A DNA stretch of 64,000 nt from Oopsacas minuta (Eukaryota > Animalia > Porifera): NCBI GenBank assembly GCA_024704765.1, contig JAKMXF010000358.1, positions 1 through 64,000 on the forward strand, read 5' to 3'. Below are positions 12,240 through 23,655 of this stretch, piece by piece. The notes beneath the pieces are model-generated. The model was not told the origin of the DNA. It saw only the letters and a program-made list of their open reading frames with translations, and did not search any database. Numbering within the stretch: the stretch's first letter is position 1; every line of letters starts with the position of its first letter. The position numbers and the translations under genes were made by a program.

Positions 12240-12385
12240 TATTTCATTATCACTATCGGGTACCTGTGATTTTAATTGCCACCATCTAACACCTATATTG
12301 GCTGACATTGCCCAATCATGTGATTTAGCATACTTCCGTCTTAGGTGTGAATTTTCGTCCAAGAATCGGACTTGTCCATGCCGGT
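12240..12385 (+). repeat. Dispersed ~150-bp repeat fragment fused in frame to a coiled-coil exon
   Basis: Near-identical to about 425-570 and related to 44195-44285, 57555-57650 and (inverted) 57930-58030. Confidence 0.85.
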
Positions 12386-12615
12386 GTAACAGCCTAGATT
12401 AGCCTCCCCACCCAGTTTAACCCCGGGTATAGTCTGGGCTAGCCTAGATTAACCCCCAGGTATAAAGTGGGCTAGGCCAGATTAAGCCCCGGGGTTAATA
12501 TAGGCTAGCCCAGAGTATACCCTTTAGCCCAGATTAACCCCCAGAAGGGGGGTTAATCTGGGCTAGCCTAAATTAACCCCAGGTATAGTCTGGGCTAGCC
12601 CAGGTTCTACCCCTG
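12385..12615. repeat. GC-rich degenerate ~33-bp repeat array with central hairpin
   Basis: Recurrent CTGGGCTAGCC(T/C)AGATTAACCCC units in both orientations; perfect 18-bp stem 12525-12542/12548-12565. Confidence 0.8.
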
Positions 12616-12928
12616 AGTTAATAGTCAACAAATTATGATGTTATCTGCTTGTAGAATACAAGTGATGTGTGTGGCGGTGACACTTACAATGTCTATATTA
12701 GTGTTTCAACTATTATAAATATACTAGAAGAGCATATGTACTTATTTGATCTATCAATTATATTTACTGCATTGTTTTGATGGATGATCAACTCTACAAT
12801 CAAATATTGCATTTTTTTATATCCAACGAAAACAAATATCCAGGAGAGATCTATAAACTTCCAGCTGAAAAACGAGTCAATGCGAAATCACAATTCAGAC
12901 AAACTGTTAAGCCATATACTTTGAAGGN

Positions 12929-13148
12929 TGTTTTGAGGCTAGTTATTCAACTGTAAGCAGAACATCATTTGACAAATCATGTCACTTTTTCAAAAAATAT
13001 GAATTTTGTGCAAAAAAATTAAAAATCTCGATTTGCAAAAAATCTAGAGCTTGCGGAAAAAAACTAAGGTCGGATTCGGATTCAGCGCCCCAATATTAGG
13101 TAAAAACAAGTGTTGGTAGAAATGCAACAAAATTTTTGTTGAGCAGTG
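12929..13148 (+). mobile_element. Chapaev3 3' terminal fragment (220 bp)
   Basis: One substitution relative to 20594-20813; ends CAGTG followed by TTA (TWA target); begins immediately after N12928. Confidence 0.9.
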
Positions 13149-13350
13149 TTATCTGTGGTGTTTGAGTAATAACAAGTCGCATTTTGAACGGAATTTGGTA
13201 ACTAATAAGCTAACTTGCTATTAGAGGAACAAAATATACAAGAAATACTCACTTAGGGGCTAAAAGTAACTTACTTATTGAGCAATATTGCTATTAGGCG
13301 AACACTACTGTAAATAACCGCTACCACAATATCTGATAACTGACATATAG

Positions 13351-14578
13351 TGGATGAGTCCCTCTTTGAGAGGACAGAATTGGAGCCAGTAGCTCCCAAG
13401 CTCTACATGTCCCGCTCCCGCAAGAAATCACTCAAGAGGAAATCCTCTATCCGGTGGATAGTCAGTTCCTTTAGGGAAACTAAGTCCCCGGGTACAAAAG
13501 AGATCCCCTCTTCTGTTGGGGTGTGTGAGGCGCCAGAAGGGAGACAAGCTAGACTACAGGCCTCAATCTCATTTGTGGAAAGAGAGAACACACAATTCCT
13601 GTTATGGTCTCCAGAGGCTCTTCAGGCGTGAGTAGGGGTGGAGCAGGGGTTTGCCGGACTCAGTGGGAGATGCAGTCAGATTGCAATGTAAAACAGTTCC
13701 CATGCTCCGGTCAATGGACAAGAGGGACTACGAACAGAACTGGGAATACTACAACCTCTCCTGAGACTCAACCCCATGAATGCTATCCAAGAGAGGGCAG
13801 CTCTCTCTAAAGCTAGTACCCCTTGTCTGTACTCCACCTACAGAGCTGTTAACCACGAATGGATAACTTCTCATTGGCTGCCTTCTCTGGGTCTAACTCA
13901 GTACAGCAATATTTTCAGGTTTGTTGTTATTTACTTGTTAGTTAACACGTATATTTGTTGTTATTTACCTTCCTGGTATTTCTAGACAATGCTGTGTAGA
14001 CGGAATGGTGCTAGAACATCTGTCTAAGAAGGAACTGAGGACCAGTTTAGGAATGGTTGAGAGTTCTCACAGGAATCGTCTCCAGTAGGGAATGTTTGCT
14101 CTCCGTTCCCTAAACTATGAGAGGAATATTCTGGAAACCAAGCAGAGACAATCATTCACGGACAGGACAGATCTACCCTTCTTGTCCAAAAGACAGATTT
14201 CCTTATGGTTACATCCCATTGATCTGGGTGGTTACACTGGAAACATTGCGTCCAGAGGTCTCCACGGAGCTGTCCTATATTTTGATAACTCACATGATTG
14301 TCATAAAATGGCTAATACTCTTCAAATTCCTCGAAATGATTCGGTTGCTAGGAAATTACTTAAGGCGTCACTTAAAGATTTAATGTCTTAACAGGAATCT
14401 TCCAATTCCTACAAGAAAGCAAAGAGGTAGAGCTTTGCTGTTTTCTGGCGGCACAACAACGCAGTGAGTCCAAGAATGTCTTCAGGAGCCTGAGAATCCC
14501 AACTCCCATACTCCTTAGCCACAATGCTACACATGTTCTCACCTATGCACGATTTGTAAAGACGGAGAACTAAGAAAG
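13351..14578 (+). pseudogene. PPFIA: Liprin-alpha-like triple-SAM fragment, disabled
   Basis: KRKSSIRWIV linker; SAM1 (LWSPEALQA*V...ELGILQPLLRL); SAM2 NHEWITSHWLPSLGLTQY; SAM3 ...GLHGAVLYFD...LQIP; 67-bp intron 13919-13985; stops at 13629-13631 and 14086-14088 plus frameshifts. Confidence 0.85.
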
Positions 14579-14768
14579 GTAAGTTAGGGAAAAATACAAA
14601 ATAAAATGTTTGTATTTACCAAATTCTTATTCAACAAATCACTACATTTATTGATATAAAAGCGAGCAATATAATTTGACCGGGTTAGTCTTATCGTAGT
14701 CTTATCGTCCCTCCTAGTTTAGTAAATATCCATGGTTCTTATAACTGGCATACCATAGATGCCCCTGG

Positions 14769-14809
14769 TACCTGTATCCACTGCTACCTGTATCCACTGT
14801 TACCTGTAT
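14769..14809. repeat. 16-bp tandem repeat x~2.5
   Basis: tacctgtatccactg(c/t) repeated. Confidence 0.8.
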
Positions 14810-14905
14810 TATTCTCTCCAATGTTCAACAAGGTCAGAAGTGGCTGAGTCCGAATACCCGTTATAACATTTCAATTCCTATTTACACTCTTTCTTGTATT
14901 GTTAG

Positions 14906-15627
14906 TTGGTTGGAAGTATGGACGCTCATCCTAGTCGTTACAGTGCTTCAGTCCGTGTACAGCAACACAGACCAAAGATTATAACAGAGTCAGCTGCTGT
15001 GGTCCGAGATCTATTGATTTAATTAGACAAATCTGCCAGGTTTAAGCCTCAGAGGATTATTTTCCATCGGGATGGAGTCAGTGAAGGACAATTTCAACAG
15101 GTCAGTACAGTCATGCTATGTTGTTATCGCCGTTTAACTATAAGAATATACTATATACAATAACAATGGAATATTTGATTTGACCCTAGATCCTTCTCCC
15201 CCTTGCCAAAATTTCTGGATGGAATACTGACTGCAATATCTTTTGCGATATCCAAAGATGCAAACTAAATATGTTCAGATTCAATTCAACTACTTTTATA
15301 TCTTACATTCTTAATTTCTTGTAAATTGCAAGATTCTGAAAGGGTTGAAAGTATGATAGTTATGATGTAATGTGTATATTTACGTCACAGGTATTGAATC
15401 AAGAATGGAGAGCAGTAAGAGAAGCTTGTAGTAAACTAGAAGCTGACTACAAGCCTGGAATTACATTCGTTACCGTCCAGAAGAGACACCACACCCATCT
15501 GTTCTGTTCAGAGAAGGAAGCTCAATGTGGTAAATCTGGTAACATCCCAGCTGGTACTACAGTAGATGTAGGTATTACTCATCCAACAGAATTTGATTTC
15601 TATCTGTGTAGTCATTCAGGTATTCAG
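14906..15627 (+). pseudogene. AGO: Argonaute (AGO clade) PIWI-domain fragment, two exons
   Basis: Exon 14906-15100 [12 protein letters not shown]...[11 protein letters not shown] with in-frame TAA at 15020-15022; exon 15391-15627 VLNQE...[10 protein letters not shown]...[10 protein letters not shown]...[16 protein letters not shown]; canonical AG/GT, both phase 0; no PAZ/MID or final exons nearby. Confidence 0.92.
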
Positions 15628-16032
15628 GTATGTATATTGGAAAGTAATATTAATTATTTATGGCATCTGTAGTTGTAATTTGTAGATTATAATTTGCTTC
15701 ATTTATGGATACGCTAGCGTTATATGTAAATATTTGTAAGTTCTTATTTTTGGAACTATTTTACACATATTTTGGAATACGTTTATAAGTTTTGTATTAA
15801 GTTATATGATTGGATTATATTTTAGCGATCTTATTGATTTTGATAGGTAGAAATTCTTAATGCCGCGGGTCCGTGGATCATTGCGTGGTCCACAGATAAC
15901 AACAGGGGTCCACAGGATCTCAAAAGTTTATGTGAAGAGTTCCACAGCATGTGTTGAAATGGCATATGGGTCCTCGGGTGAAAATGTTTGGGACCGCTGT
16001 CCTACTGTTTCAATTGGACCTTCGATCAATTN

Positions 16033-16302
16033 TATAGCTAACCCAATTGGACGATACATCTTCCCTTCTCCTTCCTCATCTCCAAATTTAAACATAATCT
16101 TACCATTACAATCGAATACTTTCACACAATTATTCCCAGAATCTGCTACATAGATATCTCCTGTAGTATTATCAATAGCCACTCCTTTAGGTCCGCTGAG
16201 ATTTTCTAGCCTATTTCCCCTTTTACAAACACTGACTATAGGTTGTATATTGCTCTTATAATCTACAGAGAATATTCTCTCTAAAGTATCAGCTGTAGCC
16301 AT
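16033..16302 (-). pseudogene. NHL-repeat (beta-propeller) gene, 5' part only, truncated at an assembly N
   Basis: Paralog of 22272-23117 (MATADTLERIFSVDYKS...IYVADSGNNCVKVFD...MYRPIGLAI); homology stops at N16032. Confidence 0.8.
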
Positions 16303-16988
16303 TAGTTCAGTTCTGTAACTAGAATAATGAAACAATTCAAATAATATAACTTATCTATTTGACTATAAGTAATGAGCTCTAACTATAAATACAAATCAAC
16401 ACAGAAACCTATACAGAGAGATATCAAATATCTATAATTAAAGGAATTTAAATAGAATACAGTATATTCCGCTATTCTCTGATATTCATATATTTAATCG
16501 TTAAAGTATATGTCAGGGCGAATTAGATCTGTCGCGGAATATTCTGTCCGATGCCATACAACAAATCTTTTCAAAATTCCAGGAATAATCATAAAGGGTG
16601 GGTAAGTATGCTACAGGAGTGCTTGTGAAGCAACTTCGTGAGGCAAAGCTAACTAGTAAGTATACAAGGGTAAGGTAAGGTAAGCCTTTACTGTTTGAGC
16701 TTGTAGCTTCTAGTTATGACGCAATCTTCTTCCTAGAAGCCAATTCCCTAGAGCATACTAAATCTCTAGGAGAGTTTAAAGGATTCTATAATGTAAGTAT
16801 ATAGGACGAGTCTCCAGAAAAGAAATGAATACATGTATATCTCTCTACATATGAAAGTTCATTTAAAAGTTGGACGGCAGGGGATACCTCTTCTGACAAA
16901 GCGACAGCTAGGGTTACCAGATGTTCCAGATTATGAGTTTATGTACTCGAGGACCGTAGGCTCCAGTTCGGACACGAAGTGTTTGCAA

Positions 16989-17019
16989 CCGCGTAGCGCG
17001 AGGAAGCGAACCGCCCTAG
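16989..17019 (+). mobile_element. Possible Helitron 3' end (GC-rich hairpin plus CTAG before T)
   Basis: ccgcgtagcgcgaggaagcgaaccgccCTAG-t resembles rolling-circle termini; no 5' end identified. Confidence 0.35.
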
Positions 17020-17049
17020 TAATATATGAAATACACATGTTATAGAACT

Positions 17050-17330
17050 AAATAATTTGTAGACAATTCGCACTATCTTGGCTTACATCAATAATTCTAT
17101 CTTTATCATCTACTGTAATTCCCAATTGTGTAGAAACAGAAGGGACCCGAATAGAAACTCTATGGATAATTCAAATACAGAATTAAGAATAAAAATGGGA
17201 CTGGTACCATAGTCTGAAAGTATAATATTATCAGATTTGTTTATGAAGAAACCGAGAGATCTCACTTGCTATCGTTCTCCTCTAGAAATGATACTTTTCT
17301 GTAGAGAACTAGATCTTTGTTGTAAATATG
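17050..17330 (-). pseudogene. NHL-repeat C-terminal fragment with stop and frameshifts
   Basis: HIYNKDLVL/QKSIISRGER*QVRSLGFFINKSDNIILSDY...GITVDDKDRII aligns with the C-terminus of the 22272-23117 protein. Confidence 0.7.
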
Positions 17331-18088
17331 ATTATAAGGTTTTGATGTATCCTCCAGGATTAACAGTGAAGCAAAAATGATAATGAACCCTTCAAAATGT
17401 ATTACCACCAAATGTAAAAAAATGTCGAGCCGACAGACTGGTAGTGCAGCCCAGGGTTATGAATTTTTGTTCTTTTCAGGGGGGCAAGCTCCCCCACTCT
17501 GACTCCCTCCGTGTAAATGCCGCAATGTACCGGACTCGACTCATTTTTGGCTCCTGAATCTGATAATATCTCAGGATATTCAATATTATTCGTTCCCTTA
17601 ATGTACTTCATGTTCTATCCTCAAATCATATGGATAAAATTCCGAATAATTATCCTACAAAAAACCCTGTATAACTTTCGAAACCAAATCTCTACCATCA
17701 ATTTGAAATATGTGCAAAAGACGCAAAAATATGATAAATCACTTAGATATAGATTTGACAATGTCAAAATTGATATCTACATACTTGATTACCATTACTA
17801 GCAGTTAATGTTAATAATAGTAGTTCAATTTAATTGCTAAATTAATAAACAATAACAAACACAGTTATATATTTATCCCATTGGCAATTTTATATAGGTT
17901 AATACATTTAGACACCTATCTCAGAGAGTTTATGGAATATGGACTTGTTCCTGGATTCATCATATTCCACATATATGTCAAATTTCAAGTATGCAGCCCT
18001 TACCAATAGCTCAATCAATTACGCACAAAATAAACCATCGACAAATTATATAATAGATAAGTATACCTTTCCAACGCATAAATAATAA

Positions 18089-20813
18089 CACTGCTCAACA
18101 ATTTTTTTTTCATTTTTTGTTGCATGAGATTTTTCAATTGATTCTATATAATTTTGGGATGCTGATTTCAAATCTGCAATCAGTTTCTTTCTGCATGCTC
18201 TAGTTTTCATGCAATCGACAATTTAAATTTTTTCGTTTGTGGTACTTATTTAGTACATAAATCTGATCTCCACCAAATACTTTTTATCTATCAAGCCATT
18301 TTTCTTAGATTGTAGCTGTTACTATGATTTAGTAATGGCTTCAATCTATTGAAAACAAAAGCACCACTCTATTGTTCTCTGAAAACATGACACTATTAGC
18401 GAAGTGTCAAAATTTAAATAAATCAAAAATCATCATGTTGATTTTTTTGAAATGATTTAATTCAAACAACCCTAAGTGATTGTAGTGAAGTATCGTGGAT
18501 AGATGCAGCAGAATAGGCATTTAAGCTGTATTTTTCCGCTCGTCTGCTGGTAGCCTTAATTAGAACCAAGGTTTTGTTATTCAGTTTGTTTGTGTTAAGT
18601 TACATAGATATCAACAGACTTTCTTTCGATTCTTAACTCTTCAGATTTGATCATGGCTTCTTCTAGTAGACATAAATGCAAAAATAACCCTGATTCATTT
18701 TGTTACATCTGTGGTGTGTATACGCTTTCGCGTCAAAGACGAAATATAACATCGTTTGTGAAGCGTGCCTACATAGCATACTTTGGTATCCCTCTTGGTG
18801 ATCAAGATAAGAAATGGTCTCCTCATATTGTGTGCCATAACTGCGAAGAAATGCTCCGAGACTGGACAAAAGGAAAGCGGAAGGGTCTGCCTTTTGCCAT
18901 TCCAATGGTGTGGCGTGAACCCCAAGACCACACGACTGACTGCTACTTTTGCATGGTCAATACAAAAGGTGTTGGCAAGAAGAGCCGACAAACGCTTTCT
19001 TATCCTAGTATACCATCAGCTATGCGACCTGTCCCGCACTCTGATAGACTTCCTCCTCCGGTCTTTAGTGGTTTTGCTTTTCCTGATGATGGAGAAACTA
19101 AATTGGAAAGGGAAGAGATCGTAGAAATGGAATATCAAAAAACAGACACAGAATCAGAATCTGAAGATTCTTCTTGTGAAACCAGAGTAACTGTCCAGCA
19201 GTTTAATCAATCAGAACTGAATGACTTAGTACGTGATTTAGATCTGCCCAAGCAAGCAGCTGAGCTCTTAGCCTCCAGGCTCAAAGAAAAACAGGTGCTG
19301 GATCAATCTGTAAAGGTTTCCTTTTTTCGAAAAAGAGAAGAACTCCTTCTACCCTATTTTTCAGTGGAAAATAAGCTGGTATATTGCAACGATATTCCTG
19401 GTCTTCTCGGACAACTGGGTATCTCCTCATATGATCCAGGAGAATGGCGATTGTTTTTGGACAGTTCCAAGCGCAGCCTCAAGTGTGTTCTTTTACACAA
19501 TGGAAATGTTTATGGAGCTGTTCCAGTTGGTCACTCCACTGTCTTGAAGGAACAGCATGATGACATTAGAATTGTTATGGATTTACTCGGATATCATGAT
19601 CACAACTGGATCATTTGTGTTGACCTCAAAATGGTTAGTTTTCTGCTAGGTCAGCAAAAAGGATACACTAAATTTCCATGTTATCTGTGCATGTGGGACA
19701 GCAGAGCACGTGAAAAACATTGGATACAGAAGGAGTGGCCCTTACGTGAAACATTTCAAGCTGGCATGCCTAACGTAACACACGACCCGATCGTAAGCAG
19801 AGACAAAATTGTTTTTCCACCCCTGCACATCAAGCTAGGTCTGATGAAACAGTTCGTTAAAGCCCTAAATCCTGACAATGAATCCTTTCATCATCTTGTG
19901 TATACTTTCCCTGCTTTGTCATATGATAAAATCAAAGCAGGAGTGTTTGATGGACCACAGATACGTACACTTATTCGCGACAAAAACTTCATTCAGAAAA
20001 TGAATGTCAGGGAGAAAGCTGCATGGCTATCTTTTGTGGATGTTATACAGAACTTTCTTGGTAACAGAAAAGCTCCAAACTATGAAATGCTTGTATCCAA
20101 GATGCTCTCAGGGTTTCGTGATTTGGGATGCAACATGAGCATAAAAGTACATTTTCTGTACAGCCACCTGGACAAATTCCCTGAAAACCTTGGGGCTGTC
20201 AGTGACGAACAGGGAGAGCGTTTCCACCAGGATCTTATGACAGTGGAAGAACGTTACCAAGGTCGATGGGATCGACATATGATGGCAGACTATTGTTGGG
20301 GCATTAAACGTGACTGTCCTCACAAAGCGTACAAACGCAGAAGTTATAAGAGGAAATTTTGTCCAGATTTGTAGAATATTTGAATCTTTTGCATCTTGTC
20401 ATTGATCGCTTTAAGTTACTATTGTAGATTGCCATCGTTCTTTTCTACGTTATTTTGCAAAAAAAAAAATCAATTTTTACATGCATATTACCAGCAAAAC
20501 TGTTGTTTTTTACATTTTTTAAAACATTTGTTGCCCATCTGTCTACAAATACAATTTCTATTGGCAACATAAAAGTTTTTTGGCACCTATTTTTGTTTTG
20601 AGGCTAGTTATTCAACTGTAAGCAGAACATCATTTGACAAATCATGTCACTTTTTCAAAAAATATGAATTTTGTGCAAAAAAATTAAAAATCTCGATTTG
20701 CAAAAAATCTAGAGCTTGCAGAAAAAAACTAAGGTCGGATTCGGATTCAGCGCCCCAATATTAGGTAAAAACAAGTGTTGGTAGAAATGCAACAAAATTT
20801 TTGTTGAGCAGTG
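18089..20813 (+). mobile_element. Full-length Chapaev3 (CMC-Chapaev-3, Transib/RAG-related) DNA transposon, 2725 bp
   Basis: CACTGCTCAACAA termini with ~150-bp imperfect TIRs; perfect 3-bp TSD TAA (18086-18088 and 20814-20816); intact transposase. Confidence 0.9.
18653..20374 (+). CDS. Chapaev3 transposase (~573 aa)
   Basis: CYICG and WREPxDHxxDCYFC zinc motifs; LFLDSS, DLKM...PCYLC, PPLHIKLG and SDEQGERFHQD catalytic-core motifs. Confidence 0.9.
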   Translation: MASSSRHKCKNNPDSFCYICGVYTLSRQRRNITSFVKRAYIAYFGIPLGDQDKKWSPHIVCHNCEEMLRDWTKGKRKGLPFAIPMVWREPQDHTTDCYFCMVNTKGVGKKSRQTLSYPSIPSAMRPVPHSDRLPPPVFSGFAFPDDGETKLEREEIVEMEYQKTDTESESEDSSCETRVTVQQFNQSELNDLVRDLDLPKQAAELLASRLKEKQVLDQSVKVSFFRKREELLLPYFSVENKLVYCNDIPGLLGQLGISSYDPGEWRLFLDSSKRSLKCVLLHNGNVYGAVPVGHSTVLKEQHDDIRIVMDLLGYHDHNWIICVDLKMVSFLLGQQKGYTKFPCYLCMWDSRAREKHWIQKEWPLRETFQAGMPNVTHDPIVSRDKIVFPPLHIKLGLMKQFVKALNPDNESFHHLVYTFPALSYDKIKAGVFDGPQIRTLIRDKNFIQKMNVREKAAWLSFVDVIQNFLGNRKAPNYEMLVSKMLSGFRDLGCNMSIKVHFLYSHLDKFPENLGAVSDEQGERFHQDLMTVEERYQGRWDRHMMADYCWGIKRDCPHKAYKRRSYKRKFCPDL

Positions 20814-22271
20814 TAATTGATAACATGCCTGTGGAAGCTCTAACTTTTCCATTGTAAAATCGGCGGGGTAGATGTCAGATTAGCTGAATGTGGTTCACGT
20901 TCAGTAACATCAGATGAGCTGTAAAGCTGGTAGGTTGGGTTCGAGAGGTGTCCTATTCGAAGAATTGAAAGAAGCGAATAGTGATCTTTCAATTTCCCCT
21001 CGATGAGCATTATCAACCTCTTTGAAAGGCTCTCTACTAATTATGGTTACCGAACCTCTCCAGTTGAAAACGATACCCCTCTGAGTTCAGTGAACATTCT
21101 AACAGCTGTAAAAAGATGCTCTTTAGCATTTCCTTGAGTAATTTTAGGCATTTGGTGACATTAACTTTAATTGAAACAAGAACTGTTTGTATGAATATTA
21201 AAGGAGTCGCTTCGCTTGCTCGCTGCGCAGCATGTTCGCATCGAACTCGGCACTTCGTGCCTCGAATTTGACAAAGTAGATAAATTGCAAAATGAATTAA
21301 TAGATATATATTTCAACTATTTGTTAACTATATATTCATAAAAACAACAAAAATTTGCATATGAGAAACTTGAAAATGCGAAATTCGGATTCAGCTTACT
21401 TGTTATTCACGGTACCAGTTTAGAGCAAGTCTATACGTATATTTTAAGATTTCAACTATTACTTAACTTATATTCGTAAAAACTACAATAAACTTCCATT
21501 TGATTAATTCTAAGGTGTACAAACACAAACATATAACAATCGAGATATAATAATATAGATTTCAATATTTTAGTATAATACTCGCGAAGGATTATTATTA
21601 ATAATTGAAATAACACTTTGATTAGATACTTAGGGCAGTAACAGAATTTTCCAAAATCAGCTAATGACGCTGTTTGGAGAAAAAATGGTCCCCCCTACAA
21701 AACTGGTCCGGGGGGACTATTTTTGACAAATATCCATGGTATTGAATAAAAATGGTCCCACCCTGCTAAATTGGTCCCCCCCATTAGTGATTACTTAATA
21801 GGCTTTAGACTAAATAGTAGGCCATTCATACTTTATGCATGTTGTCTATTCTGTTAGTTACTTATCTTTGGCATAATCTCTTAAATTATATTAGTTTTCT
21901 TGCCTGCGAAATCTAGAATAGACTTCCATGTTTTAGAGTAATTGACTGCAGGTTGCTTTAGTATTGTGAATACAGTACACCCTCGCTAATCCGAACAGTC
22001 CTGTGCCGATGAAAACACAAACTGTTCGGATTAGTGAAATAACACTAATCCAATGGAGAATTTACTACCTCGCTAATCCGAACCCTCACTATTTCCAACG
22101 AAAATAATGGCTAATATCGAGTGCGGTATTAAGATTTGCATTCAGTCTAGGCAAATGGTAAATGAGATTTTGCTAATATCAGAATCGTGGTAAACTATGC
22201 CCAGTTGAGGGATTTGCCCGTATCTTATATTATTTGAATTGTTTCATTATTCTAGTTACAGAACTGAACTA

Positions 22272-23117
22272 ATGGCTACAGCTAATACTTTAGAGAGAAT
22301 ATTCTCTGTAGACTATAAGAGCAAGATACAACCTATAGTCAGTCTTTGTATAGGGGGATGGGGGCTAGAAAATCTCAGCGAACCTAACGAAGTAACTATT
22401 GATAATTCTACAGGAAATATCTATGTAGCAGATTCTGGGAATAATTGTGTGAAAGTATTCGATTGTGATGGTAAGATTATGTTTAAATTTGGAGATAAGG
22501 AAGGAAAAGGAAAGATGTATCGTCCAATTGGGTTAGCTATATGTAGAGATAGAATTCTAATTTCACAAAGTAGGAACTGTATTCTGAATTATCAAGTTAA
22601 TGGAGAGTTTGTTTCTAGTATAGGGAAACTTGGGAAAGGAGAATTGGAATTTATTAATCCTCTTGGTTTGACATTTGATGAATCTAATGGAGAGGTATAC
22701 ATATGTGATTATAATGATAATCGTATTCAGATACTGTCCCAGGAACTTACCTACAAGGCACAGTTTGGACAAGATAACCTCCATTCTCCTCTTGATGTTA
22801 AACTTACAAAAGAATATATTTATATTCTAGATGGATCTAATCCTTGTTTTCATCTGTACGACTACAATCTTATTCTACATAAGAGTGTTATTTCTAGAGA
22901 ACATAAATTACAGGTGTTTATTCCATTTTTCTTCTTTATTGACAATTCCAACAATATTCTTATTATTACAGATTATTATTCGATTGCTTTTCTCAACTCT
23001 CAATTAGAATTGATACACAGGATACCTATTACTCAACCTAACGGTGTTACAGTTGATAACAGAGGGAGAGTTATTGTGGTTTGTGATGGAGGTGAACATC
23101 ATCTCAATATTTTTTGA
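22272..23117 (+). CDS. NHL-repeat beta-propeller protein (281 aa; could be a terminal exon)
   Basis: Repeated P-x-G-I/L-A/T-x-D...IYV/IxD..N.RIQI motifs; open frame; AG acceptor at 22260-22261 just upstream of ATG. Confidence 0.8.
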   Translation: MATANTLERIFSVDYKSKIQPIVSLCIGGWGLENLSEPNEVTIDNSTGNIYVADSGNNCVKVFDCDGKIMFKFGDKEGKGKMYRPIGLAICRDRILISQSRNCILNYQVNGEFVSSIGKLGKGELEFINPLGLTFDESNGEVYICDYNDNRIQILSQELTYKAQFGQDNLHSPLDVKLTKEYIYILDGSNPCFHLYDYNLILHKSVISREHKLQVFIPFFFFIDNSNNILIITDYYSIAFLNSQLELIHRIPITQPNGVTVDNRGRVIVVCDGGEHHLNIF

Positions 23118-23655
23118 TAATTTTTCTATTTTACTGATATTCATACCTTTGTTTAATTTTCCTTTATAATAACTATTTTGTTACATTTGAATAAACTGTA
23201 CCCTTCCCATATTATATATTATTCCTTGTTGTTATTTCACATCTTAAAGAGGTTGCCTTTATGCTATAACTACGCTATAAGCCCGAACTCTGGGTCATGT
23301 ATCATAAGATCAAATTTAGTGATTAAAACGATACAACCTGAATCATTACTAAATCGATGTTTAAGATGTTTATCCTCCAGTTCTCTACATAACTTTATGA
23401 ATTGCATAACCAATGAATAGGGACGTCCGGTCAGAAGGCAGGGCCGTTGATGAGTACGTCACTACGTATTGAGCAGGTAACCACTATAAAGAGTTCATTG
23501 CAATGGAGATTCGGAGGGAACGCTTTCATGTGGCCGCTATGTACACTTTGCCATAATTATGTATACTGAGGTTGCCATCAATTTAATTCAAGTTTGACTA
23601 TTCTACTGTACTATATTCGTAATAGTCTCATGAGCTTAGTTTAAAATTATCCCAG

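Larger units (their letters stand above)
1..12240 (+). pseudogene. Decayed multi-exon gene (Pro/Ser/Gln-rich disordered exons plus coiled coil); first exon paralogous to TLK exon 1
   Basis: Exon-like open frames bounded by AG/GT at about <1-196, 8490-8598, 9323-9781, 9874-10285, 10805-11011, 11182-11340, 11394-11896 and 11960-12240; in-frame stops (TGA 9631-9633, TGA 11513-11515) and frameshifts near 9985, 10065 and 11750; last exon runs directly into a repeat at ~12240. Confidence 0.7.

Noticed and set aside
9631-15022. In-frame TGA/TAG/TAA in several exons as an alternative genetic code or readthrough
   Set aside because: All three stop types occur at unrelated residues together with frameshifts, while intact genes terminate at standard stops; this is ordinary decay
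15928-16335. 135-aa ORF spanning N16032
   Set aside because: Chimeric across an assembly join; residues after the X are unrelated to NHL
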